A DNA stretch of 64,000 bases from Candidatus Cloacimonadales bacterium. GTDB lineage: Bacteria; Cloacimonadota; Cloacimonadia; Cloacimonadales; JAIOQZ01. Made by a program: the position numbers and the translations under genes. The DNA lies in assembly GCA_963662655.2 (NCBI GenBank), contig CAXXTU010000002.1, forward strand, positions 3,072,001-3,136,000. The letters run 5' to 3'. Numbering within the stretch: the first letter of the stretch is position 1; the number at the start of each line of letters is the position of its first letter. The notes beneath the pieces are model-generated. The model was not told the origin of the DNA, made no database searches, and saw nothing but the letters and a program-made list of their open reading frames with translations. Of this stretch, positions 29,845 to 38,781 are shown one piece after another.

Positions 29845-30790
29845 TTTTCCTGACCTGTATCCTTTCGGGAGTGAATTCGATGATCTTGACATCAGCCGGA
29901 GGATTGAACTCGATCTTTAACTCATCCCCGGTTTTCACACCTTCGAGGTTAACGAATGGGTTCAGTTCCTCTCCATCCATCTCGTCCAGCATGTCTTTTC
30001 GCCCTCTCACGAGCGCCGAAACCTTTTGCGGCATGATCTCGAACTCCGAAGAGCGTGGATTGAAGATGGGAATCAGCGGAATGGTTACGGTAACGTACTG
30101 CGCCGTGGAAATATCGATCTTGATCTTATCGGCCAGAAGCTTCACGGAGGGATCGGGGCTCACGAGCGATACCGTGGCGATGTAGTCTTTCACCATCCTC
30201 TTCGATATCGGCTCGGTCGATATCCGATCAACCGATTTGAGCAATTTCTGAGGCCCCTTAACGTCTACCCGCGATATGTTGATGATCATGTTCTTCTCGT
30301 TGAAATAAGCCCGGTCGTCCGCACTCGCGAAAATCAGTTCCACCGGCTTTTTGACGGTTATCACCTTGTCCAGCCTGATCTCGAGCCATTCCTCGAAGTC
30401 GAACTGCATTTTGTCCGAGCGCATCTCCTTGCGCATCTTCACCGGAACGTAAAGGTCCTCCCGCGTAACTCGAACGGTGTTGCTTCCTTCGGAAAACCGC
30501 TGCGCATCGATGCTGATATACGCGTTGTTGCCCTCGGAAGCTTGCAGGGATGTGTTGTTTCCCTGGAAAAACTGCTGTACCTTGAGCTTGAAGAGGTCGT
30601 ACCCCTTGCCCTCGATCTCAATCTGAATCTCGTCCTGGTTCATGCCGACCAGTATCATATCCTGAGGAATGTCGCGCAGTTTAACCGGCACGCGGAAATG
30701 GATCGTCTGCTCCTTCATGAGTTCCTGTTGGGCCCAGAGGAACACGGCGATCGCCAGCGCGAAGATCTTCAGGAACAAATTCTTTCCCAT
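29831..30790 (-). CDS. YbbR/CdaR-like membrane-anchored protein
   Basis: N-terminal 'NLFLKIFAL.IAVFLW', beta-rich repeats 'V.V.GP..LL', 'P..I.V'; located upstream of tsaD. Confidence 0.75.
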   Translation of the reverse strand: MGKNLFLKIFALAIAVFLWAQQELMKEQTIHFRVPVKLRDIPQDMILVGMNQDEIQIEIEGKGYDLFKLKVQQFFQGNNTSLQASEGNNAYISIDAQRFSEGSNTVRVTREDLYVPVKMRKEMRSDKMQFDFEEWLEIRLDKVITVKKPVELIFASADDRAYFNEKNMIINISRVDVKGPQKLLKSVDRISTEPISKRMVKDYIATVSLVSPDPSVKLLADKIKIDISTAQYVTVTIPLIPIFNPRSSEFEIMPQKVSALVRGRKDMLDEMDGEELNPFVNLEGVKTGDELKIEFNPPADVKIIEFTPERIQVRKIETD

Positions 30791-31019
30791 TGATTATCCT
30801 GTGTTTTTATTCAAATTACATCTTTATAGATACGATTTTTTTTGTCAAAGCGTATTCTGTCATACCTCACATGCGACCCTGCCCCGTTAACCGGTACCGA
30901 CGCTCTTTTTGTAGAACGTCAACTCAGAAAAATATTTACAAAAATTTTCAAGCAATTTAACATTGCCATGTTGGATATATCACAAACTTGATTTGGCATT
31001 GCGAAGACAGGAGGCTCTG

Positions 31020-33746
31020 ATGAAATACCATTCGTTGTTTTTCAGCTTGTGCGTGTTCGCACTTCTTTTTTCTCCCCTATATTCCACCGACGGAAGTGAG
31101 TTCAACGATAATAGCATAAATACATCTCCGATGCCTCTCCTGACAATCTCCGGTCGTTGCGTTGCGAACAGTGAGCCCGACATGGGGCTGGCGAATGTGC
31201 AAATCAGCCTGACTGGATACGAAACGCATCAGACAACCACGGATGGCTCCGGTTTCTTTACGCTGGATAACGTCACCTCGGGCCATACATACGAGCTGAC
31301 GGCATCCCTCTATGGATTCATCGACGGCGTCTTCGAGGTCGTTCTGGAGGATGAAGATATCGATCTGGGGGACATGATTCTCCTAACAAGACCGCCACAT
31401 CCGTCAAATGTTACCGCAACGATCAGTCCGGACTATACTTACGTGACCATTTCATGGTCACTGAACTCGGAGGAATACGTTGAATACCGCTACGATGACG
31501 GTAGTGTTGTCGGTCAGCTCGGATATCAAAACGCGAGCGAAAATGTGCGGCTGGGCTCGGTGCATTTACGTGACGCAGCGATCGATGGCTTGTCCTGGTA
31601 TCTCACGGATGACTTGGTTTCCCATTCAACCGTGAACCTGTACATCTACGGCCTGGACGAGAGCGGAGTCCCCAACGCCGACGATGTTCTCTATGAGATC
31701 ACCGGGGTGCAGAGCGAGGACAACACCTGGAACACACTGGAGATCGAAAATCCTGTTGAAGCTCCCGATGGATTCTTCATCGGAATCAATACGCCGGATC
31801 GGTTTGTTTCTCTCGGCACGGATGACGGGTTTGGCGATCCTTACACATATATCGCAGGAACGCAGTGGGCAACGAATTCTGTTAGCACAAACGAGTGGTA
31901 TACAACGGGTGATCTTGGCTTTCCCAACAATTTAGCGATACGCGCGATGGGGACCGACAACGGCGGGATCGAGCGACCTGTGCAACGCGCAAAGAACAAT
32001 CCGGTTGCGCGGGATGCCGTGCCTGTACGGATCGATGGCCATCGCATGAAGACTCAATCGGACCATGCAAACTCGACGAGTCTTGCCGGATCGCAGGAGC
32101 GATCTGCGCCGCGGAACGATCGTACTTTGCACTACGCTGTATACCGTGTGGAGGAAGGGGATGAGGATGATCCGAGTAACTGGGAATACCTTAACGAAGA
32201 CGAATTCCCTTATTCTGACACAACGTATGTAGATACGGACTGGCCAGTGTATGGGATTTTCTGCTGGGCTGTGATCGCGTATGATAACGGGATTATGAGT
32301 GAGTGCGGTTTCTCTAATTATATTCCCTATACACCGTCATATTATGTCGAGATTAATGTAACAACCAATTCCGGCGACAGCCCGATCGACGCTTTCTACC
32401 GGTTCGAGAATCATGATGGAGACGAGAATCACCTCTACACCGGTCAGGTTCCTGCAAGTGGAACGGTTTTCCTGCCGGCGGTCTGGTATGGCATGTATGA
32501 TTTAACTGTTCGCAAGCCGGGCTTTGATGATTACGAAGCGCTCAATCTGATCGTCGATGATCCCGAGAATGGCAGCGAATTCGATGTGGAGCTTATCGAA
32601 ACGTTGCTGCCTGTCGAGTATGGTTATTATGAGGTCGATGGTGGTATGCTGATGATCTGGTGGAACCCGCCGGATCCATATAGCGGAGAGGAATTTACGG
32701 AGGGATTCGAGGAAGGCGACCTCCTTGAAGGCTGGATTGCTACGGGCGTTTCGACCGACGAAAGTCAAACCGAGCCTTCCTACTTCCATGTCACCGATTA
32801 CGAAGGTGATACATTCAGTCCTTTGGGATCGTATCATGCAGGGCTCTGGTGGTCGGAAGAGCATCAGGACGAATGGCTGATTACCCCTGAGTTTATATGC
32901 GATTCCGATACCTACATCAACTGGAAATGCGTTGCGTACGAAGGCTCAACGCATAACGACCACTATTATTTGAAAGTCTCCACCAACGGCGGTTCGAGCT
33001 GGGACACTCTCTGGGATGCATCGGAGCTGAGTGGCGGATGGAACTACTACGATTATGCGTATGATGTAAGTCTCGGCGAATACAATGAACAGAACATCAA
33101 AGTCGCATGGCACTGTGTGGATGGCGATTCGAATGATGGATTATGGTATAGCTTCTTCGTGGACAACATTACCGTTAGCAATGGCAGAAACATCATCCAT
33201 TTCGATGCAAAGGACCTGGCGCAAGAAACTCGATCGGGCAAGGCGAAGAAAGCGGCGAGCGCCTCGCGTGACCGCCATCTGCTCGGTTATCGCCTCACCA
33301 GAAACAATCTCCCACTTGAAGACCTCTGGGAAGAGAATGAGTATATCGACGAAGACGGATTCCCGGGATGCGTTTATCATGTTTATGCCGTGTATTCCAC
33401 AGGGGAATCAGAGCCCTTTATTATCATAATACCCCATGGAACTAACGACGACGATGCCGTGCAAATCTCAACCAAGCTCATGGGCAATTGCCCCAATCCC
33501 TTCAACCCTGAGACGCGCATCGATTATTCGCTGTCCACGCCGGGTATGGTCTCGCTCGATATCTACAACACGAAGGGGCAACTCGTGAAAAGGCTGGAGA
33601 ATACGCGTCGCGATGCCGGTAAATACAGCGTGATATGGCATGGCGATAACGATTCGGGTAAGTGCGTCGCTTCAGGAATCTACTTCTGCAATCTGAAGGT
33701 GGATGGAAAACAGCTCGGTATGATCAAGATGGCTTTATTGAAGTAG
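31020..33746 (+). CDS. secreted multidomain protein (carboxypeptidase-regulatory-like, cleaved-adhesin-like, C-terminal FlgD-Ig/T9SS-A-like domain)
   Basis: Signal peptide after GGAGG RBS; 'TTTDGSGFFTL', 'EGFEEG', 'DEWLITP', 'VSTNGGSSW', 'GNCPNPFNPET'. Confidence 0.8.
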   Translation: MKYHSLFFSLCVFALLFSPLYSTDGSEFNDNSINTSPMPLLTISGRCVANSEPDMGLANVQISLTGYETHQTTTDGSGFFTLDNVTSGHTYELTASLYGFIDGVFEVVLEDEDIDLGDMILLTRPPHPSNVTATISPDYTYVTISWSLNSEEYVEYRYDDGSVVGQLGYQNASENVRLGSVHLRDAAIDGLSWYLTDDLVSHSTVNLYIYGLDESGVPNADDVLYEITGVQSEDNTWNTLEIENPVEAPDGFFIGINTPDRFVSLGTDDGFGDPYTYIAGTQWATNSVSTNEWYTTGDLGFPNNLAIRAMGTDNGGIERPVQRAKNNPVARDAVPVRIDGHRMKTQSDHANSTSLAGSQERSAPRNDRTLHYAVYRVEEGDEDDPSNWEYLNEDEFPYSDTTYVDTDWPVYGIFCWAVIAYDNGIMSECGFSNYIPYTPSYYVEINVTTNSGDSPIDAFYRFENHDGDENHLYTGQVPASGTVFLPAVWYGMYDLTVRKPGFDDYEALNLIVDDPENGSEFDVELIETLLPVEYGYYEVDGGMLMIWWNPPDPYSGEEFTEGFEEGDLLEGWIATGVSTDESQTEPSYFHVTDYEGDTFSPLGSYHAGLWWSEEHQDEWLITPEFICDSDTYINWKCVAYEGSTHNDHYYLKVSTNGGSSWDTLWDASELSGGWNYYDYAYDVSLGEYNEQNIKVAWHCVDGDSNDGLWYSFFVDNITVSNGRNIIHFDAKDLAQETRSGKAKKAASASRDRHLLGYRLTRNNLPLEDLWEENEYIDEDGFPGCVYHVYAVYSTGESEPFIIIIPHGTNDDDAVQISTKLMGNCPNPFNPETRIDYSLSTPGMVSLDIYNTKGQLVKRLENTRRDAGKYSVIWHGDNDSGKCVASGIYFCNLKVDGKQLGMIKMALLK

Positions 33747-33756
33747 CTGCCCGAGA

Positions 33757-33936
33757 GTCGTGAGCAGGTTCGTTTGATCTGGCGCGAAGACGTGGTGTTA
33801 TGCATCCTATTTTCGGCTTTGCGAAGCGAAGCGAAAACATGAGCGTTGTGATTTCAAACAATGAAATCATGTTAGCGGATAATCAGGTGCATTATATCCA
33901 CGTAGGAGCGGCAGGATCGGACGAAGATGCCACGAC
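33757..33936 (+). repeat. dispersed rod-like hairpin element, copy 4 (180 nt, carries a nested second element)
   Basis: GTCGTGAGCAGGTTCGTTTGATC...CGTGGTGTTATGCA...TGCATTATATCCACG...GATCGGACGAAGATGCCACGAC. Confidence 0.85.
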
Positions 33937-33974
33937 GGAAAGCCAATGGCTGTCTCCCTTGAATCCGTGTCTCA

Positions 33975-36218
33975 TTATGATTGCTTGAACTTCTTGAGCT
34001 TCCGGCAGAGCGTGCTTTCCGTCAGACCCAATAACTTCGCGGCGTTTTTCTGCGATTGATTGGTGCTTTCCAGCGCAGCAAAAATCGTTCTCCGCTCGAC
34101 GTCCTCCAGATTGAACGTACCGAAGTCCGTTGCATCTTGTTTGCGCTCGGCCTCTTGCAGATCAGGCAATGATTGGGCCGTGAGGTTGTTGGAGTTCTCC
34201 AGAATCATGCTCCTCTCAACGATATTCTTGAGCTCCCTGATGTTTCCCGGGAATTTGTACTGACGCAGAGCAGCGATGTACGATTCGTCAATGCCTACGT
34301 TCCTCTTGTTCAAGACCTTTGACATCTCGAAAACGAAATGCTCGATCAACCGGTCGAGGTCTTCCATCCTCTCGCGCAGCGGCGGAATCGTTATATGAAT
34401 GGCATTGATTCGGTGCAGCAAATCGAGCCTGAACTGATTTTGCAAGATCAACTCATTGAGGTCTTTATTCGTCGATGCAACGATTCGCACATCGACTTTT
34501 ATTGACTTGTCGCTGCCGACCGGCGTGAGTTTCCCAGATTCGATCACACGCAGGAGTTTGGACTGAATTTCCACGGGCATATCCCCGATTTCATCCAGGT
34601 ATAGCGTCCCTCCGTTAGCCTGCTCGAAGAATCCTGCTTTATTGTAAACTGCACCGGTAAAAGCCCCTTCCACATGACCGAAAAACTCGCTCTCGGCCAG
34701 GGATGACGTTATTGCGCTGCAATTGACGGTTACAAGCCGCTGGTCCTTTCTTTCACTATTGAAGTGTATCAGGCGGGACAGAATCTCCTTGCCTGTTCCC
34801 GATTCTCCTGTGATGAGGACGTTGATATTGTTGATCTTCGATGCCTTTTTCGCCATATCCACGGCGTACCGAAGCTTCTTGCTGTTTCCAATCAACTGAT
34901 GCTTGATGCTCTTCTGTAAATTCTGCTCCAGAAGTCCTTTGATTCGCTCTCGCCGGAGGATGCTCTCATTGAACGTGTCGTAGAAATCCTGATTCTGAAC
35001 CTGCAATTGCTTCTTGTAGTACTGGCGCTGCTGCGTGATCAAATCGTCCAGGACATCGCAGGCTTTTTCGTACTCTTTCTTATTCATATAGTAGTACGCA
35101 AGCAGGTTCTGCGCTTTGATGTACATTTCATCTAGATTATTCTTCTTGAGGTAGTTGGCATTTTCTTCAATTTCCTGCTTCATACCTTCCGAGAATTGTC
35201 CGTTCATCAGTTTATAGTACAGGATGTTGTTTCGCACAAGCCGCTGCTGAAACTCGTCGTTCAGTTCGCAGGAAATCTCGTAGGCTTTCTGGAAGCTCTC
35301 GATTGCCAGATCGTTCTTCTCGAGTTTCCCATAGATGAGCCCGAGATTGTTGTATATTTTCTTTATTGTCTGCTTGTTGGCTGTCTTGCCCAGTAGTTCC
35401 AATGCCTTCAGGCTGCATTGCTCCGCGAGATCAAAATCCCCCGTGCTTCGGTAGCACAACGACAGATTGGAGTATGCCAATCCTTGCTCCGTGAACATTT
35501 CGGGATTGTTTGCAAGCTCGATCAATTCCTCGAACACGGATATTGCCTCGGGAAGTTCCCCAAAGTTCTTGAGGATCAAACCATAGTCGTTCAGGGGCGA
35601 GAAAAGGTAAATATCAATGCCTATCTCTTTGAAATAGGTAATTGCCTTGACCAGGCTCTCCTTGGCATCGAGATAAAAACCTTGACGCAAATTCAACTCC
35701 CCGAGACCGAAAAGGCTGAAGGCGGTAATTTTCTTGTCCTGATGCTTGCTTCCCAGTGAAAGACAGCGGAGAAATTCCTTCTCGCCTTCCTCGTACATGC
35801 GATTGATCATGTAGGAATAGCCCAGGAAATAGTAAGCCAACAAGTAGCCATCCGGATCGTGCTTCTCGAAAAGTCGCACTGATTCTTCAATAAATGACAG
35901 CCCGGCTTTGTAATCCCCTGCGATGTTGTGGATTTTGCTGATTATCGCAACAACGTATGCCTCGATCGACTTCCAGTCTTCCTTTTCCGCAGCCCTTCTC
36001 AAGCTGTGGAGCTTGATCAGGCATTCCTTCGCGGTGCCCGAGTGTCCCCTCAGTTGCTGTTCCAGCGAATCAACAACGATCTTTTCCGCCTCGCTCAGGC
36101 TTTGCTTCTTCAATAAGTCAATCTGCGATCGATTAATGATCGGCTCACCGGCTATAGTGTATAGTTTTGTAAGGATTTCCCGTATCATTACACCCCCAGT
36201 TTGGGCAATCATCCACAT
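33975..36218 (-). CDS. sigma-54-dependent enhancer-binding protein with N-terminal TPR array and Fis HTH (start may be 36188)
   Basis: TPRs, Walker A 'GESGTGKE', 'GAFTGA', 'LYLDEIGDM', 'FPGNIREL', HTH 'AAKLLGL..STL'. Confidence 0.93.
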   Translation of the reverse strand: MWMIAQTGGVMIREILTKLYTIAGEPIINRSQIDLLKKQSLSEAEKIVVDSLEQQLRGHSGTAKECLIKLHSLRRAAEKEDWKSIEAYVVAIISKIHNIAGDYKAGLSFIEESVRLFEKHDPDGYLLAYYFLGYSYMINRMYEEGEKEFLRCLSLGSKHQDKKITAFSLFGLGELNLRQGFYLDAKESLVKAITYFKEIGIDIYLFSPLNDYGLILKNFGELPEAISVFEELIELANNPEMFTEQGLAYSNLSLCYRSTGDFDLAEQCSLKALELLGKTANKQTIKKIYNNLGLIYGKLEKNDLAIESFQKAYEISCELNDEFQQRLVRNNILYYKLMNGQFSEGMKQEIEENANYLKKNNLDEMYIKAQNLLAYYYMNKKEYEKACDVLDDLITQQRQYYKKQLQVQNQDFYDTFNESILRRERIKGLLEQNLQKSIKHQLIGNSKKLRYAVDMAKKASKINNINVLITGESGTGKEILSRLIHFNSERKDQRLVTVNCSAITSSLAESEFFGHVEGAFTGAVYNKAGFFEQANGGTLYLDEIGDMPVEIQSKLLRVIESGKLTPVGSDKSIKVDVRIVASTNKDLNELILQNQFRLDLLHRINAIHITIPPLRERMEDLDRLIEHFVFEMSKVLNKRNVGIDESYIAALRQYKFPGNIRELKNIVERSMILENSNNLTAQSLPDLQEAERKQDATDFGTFNLEDVERRTIFAALESTNQSQKNAAKLLGLTESTLCRKLKKFKQS

Positions 36219-36399
36219 CGCGTTTCATTTTGTCAATTGCATTAGTGCAATAATTGCACTGGCGCAATCATTGATGCATGTCAGCTATGAGAGGAGGGTA
36301 TGCGCTACTGTGTTGATACGCAAAAAGTTGTGTCTTTAAACGAATAGACAAAATGCCTTTGGCATAAAAATCCCATATACATGCCCGAGAGGTTTGGCC

Positions 36400-36603
36400 A
36401 TGGAAATTATTAGCATAAGCGATATATTCATCGTTGATCGCGAAAACTTGAAAGCGGTTGGGTTTACCGTCGCATACTCGAATGGACGCTTCATCAACGA
36501 AGTCGAGTTTTACGACGACAACAATCAGGACAACGCATTCTCGGTAATCATCGAGAAACACAACGAAATTCTCGATGTGATGGGGGAAGCTCATCCGCTG
36601 TAA
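36400..36603 (+). CDS. small hypothetical protein (67 aa)
   Basis: ATG preceded by GAGAGG; divergent from the sigma-54 activator. Confidence 0.45.
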   Translation: MEIISISDIFIVDRENLKAVGFTVAYSNGRFINEVEFYDDNNQDNAFSVIIEKHNEILDVMGEAHPL

Positions 36604-36841
36604 GTCTATCCGAAGCATATCGGAAATAGCCTTACAGCGATTATTTTGAATGATAAGTACTTGACGATTCAAAAAGACAATCATTTTTCTGGACAACATT
36701 TTTACCATCTCTTCCTTTGGGTTCTAGGTCATATAGCTATACGCAATATCATGTGAAGCTTTTTCTTAATAAACATAAAAAGATTTGATAACTTATCACA
36801 TGCTGTTTTAATAATATCTAAGGCATTTATAGAGAGGAATA

Positions 36842-37462
36842 ATGGAAAAGCTACGCTGGCAATATGTTAAGGATATCACTTCAATTGCTGTGTTTTCTGT
36901 GGGAATAATATATTTTCTCGACTCAACCTTCGGAAAACCTGTTCCAAGATATTTATATTCTTTGATAATATTCCTTGCAATATGGTTATACAACAAATGT
37001 CTCTGGAAAATTGTATCTCCAAGACAGAATTTTTCAGGAAAGTGGTGGGGTTATACAAACTACACTTGTCTTCAAAGACACGTTGTTAAAACAGAATCTG
37101 AATTGCCTACTACAAGGCAACATGATATTGCGATTAATCAGTCCCCGTTTGAAATTAGGATTGAATCTTCAGAAGGAGCTGGGATGGTTTACTGGAAGTC
37201 TGAGTCAATGCAATTAGAAGGGAACACAATAAAAATGTCTTATCTTGTTACACGAAAACAGGATGATATTCAATTGGGTTTCCCAAAGATCACTAAAGGA
37301 ATTGAAGAACTTGAGGTTGTAGAAATAAATTTCTGGGGAATGCCAACAAGAATGAAAGGGACATTTCATCATGCAGCTTTGGATCAATGCAATTTGTACA
37401 GTGGAGAAACCGAGTATTTCAAGAAAAGGAAGAAAAATGCGATTCAGAAGGAGCCAAAATAA
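36842..37462 (+). CDS. Cap15-like (SMODS-associated 2TM + beta-barrel) membrane protein
   Basis: Two N-terminal TM helices, then 'YNKCLWK....NFSGKWWG', 'I.I.Q....I.I', 'MSY', 'MKGTF', 'G' beta-strand pattern; AT-rich DNA; GAGAGGA RBS. Confidence 0.6.
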   Translation: MEKLRWQYVKDITSIAVFSVGIIYFLDSTFGKPVPRYLYSLIIFLAIWLYNKCLWKIVSPRQNFSGKWWGYTNYTCLQRHVVKTESELPTTRQHDIAINQSPFEIRIESSEGAGMVYWKSESMQLEGNTIKMSYLVTRKQDDIQLGFPKITKGIEELEVVEINFWGMPTRMKGTFHHAALDQCNLYSGETEYFKKRKKNAIQKEPK

Positions 37463-38181
37463 TGGCTGATATTGGAGTTAATCGAGTGATATTGGTAGGG
37501 GCTGGATGTCCTTTAGCAAACTCAATTGCTAAAACTTTATATGGACATGCTGAAATATATGGAATATCTACGAAGGATTTTTCGAATACGTATTACAGCA
37601 AGATAGATATTTTTAATTTTCTTGACGAATCTATTGCAAAAGAACGATTTAATGAAATCACAGAAAGTGTTGAAAGTTTTGTTATAATAACATGCACTGG
37701 AAAATTTCCTTTAAGAAAAAAACTGTCTGAGTATACATGTAAAGACCAAGTTGAAACCTTTGAGTCGAATATTCTTGGTTTCACAATTCCTTACAGATCA
37801 GTAGTAGAAAACGCAAGGAAGGCAAAAAAGGCTCTGTTTATGGTATTTGGGTCTGTTTCTCAATCCTACAAATACCCCAAGCTATCTATTTTCACAGCGA
37901 TGAAAGATGCGCTAAAAACTATCGTTCATACTGCATCTCACGAAGAGTCAAGTAATGATATATGTTTTTGTTTTCTAAATCTTTCTACTCTTGATCAAGA
38001 AAAAGAACAGGCATTTACGAAACTGACTTCGGATAAGTATTTGCCTTGTTCTGTTGTTGCCCAAAATATTCATTCTTTGTTTCTTGGCTTTGATAAACTG
38101 CCATTTTACACGGAGCAAAACAATTATATTCACTCGGATGATTACTACAGTATGGGCTACTTCAGTAGGATTCCAGACTAG
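37462..38181 (+). CDS. atypical short-chain dehydrogenase/reductase-fold protein, catalytic Tyr replaced (FTAMK)
   Basis: 'VILVGAGCPLANSIAK', 'FESN..G', 'FGSVS', 'SIFTAMKDAL'; TAATG coupling to the upstream gene. Confidence 0.65.
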   Translation: MADIGVNRVILVGAGCPLANSIAKTLYGHAEIYGISTKDFSNTYYSKIDIFNFLDESIAKERFNEITESVESFVIITCTGKFPLRKKLSEYTCKDQVETFESNILGFTIPYRSVVENARKAKKALFMVFGSVSQSYKYPKLSIFTAMKDALKTIVHTASHEESSNDICFCFLNLSTLDQEKEQAFTKLTSDKYLPCSVVAQNIHSLFLGFDKLPFYTEQNNYIHSDDYYSMGYFSRIPD

Positions 38182-38229
38182 TCTTTGCTTTTCTCTGGAC
38201 AACCTTTTTCCATCATCCACTCTTGCATC

Positions 38230-38781
38230 ATGAGTAATACAAAACCTAAACTTTTGATCCACACCTGCTGTGGCCCGTGTTTCATCGCGCCGTACCGGCA
38301 TCTGAAAACTGAGGGTGAGTACGACATCCACGCGTTCTGGTTCAATCCGAATATCCATCCGTGGACGGAGAATCGCCGGCGTCTGGAGACGCTGCAGGCG
38401 TTTGCCGAAAAAGAGGAAATTCCACTGATCGTGAAAGACGAGTACCTGCTTGAGGAGTTCCTCCGGCAGAGCGCTTTCAGGGAGATAGACCGTTGCCGTA
38501 GCTGTTACTACGACCGCCTGAAGTACGCTGCCATCATCGCGAAAAAAGGTAACTTCGACTACTTCACTACCACGCTTCTATACAGCAAGTTCCAGAAACA
38601 CGGCCTGATCCGCGATATCGGCGAAGCGCTGGGCAGGGAGTACGGCGTGCCGTTCCTCTACCGCGATTTCCGTGAATACTGGAAGGAAGGCATTGAGCTC
38701 TCGAAGGCGGAGGGGATGTACCGTCAGCAATACTGCGGTTGCATCTACAGCGAAAAAGACCGCTATCTTGGCACCAAATGA
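38230..38781 (+). CDS. queH: epoxyqueuosine reductase QueH
   Basis: 'LLIHTCCGPC', 'FNPNIHP..E', 'RCRSCYYDRL', 'FTTTLLYS', 'YRQQYCGCIYS'. Confidence 0.93.
   Translation: MSNTKPKLLIHTCCGPCFIAPYRHLKTEGEYDIHAFWFNPNIHPWTENRRRLETLQAFAEKEEIPLIVKDEYLLEEFLRQSAFREIDRCRSCYYDRLKYAAIIAKKGNFDYFTTTLLYSKFQKHGLIRDIGEALGREYGVPFLYRDFREYWKEGIELSKAEGMYRQQYCGCIYSEKDRYLGTK

Noticed and set aside
9429..33936. Hairpin copies as integron attC sites
   Set aside because: No RYYYAAC...GTTRRRY outer boxes in the right order, no cassette array and no integrase; the copies flank housekeeping genes.
36260..36275. sigma-54 promoter TGGCGCAATCATTGAT
   Set aside because: The -12 element is GA rather than GC; too weak to call.
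36842..38181. Canonical CBASS or Pycsar system
   Set aside because: No nucleotidyltransferase or cyclase motif in neighbouring ORFs.
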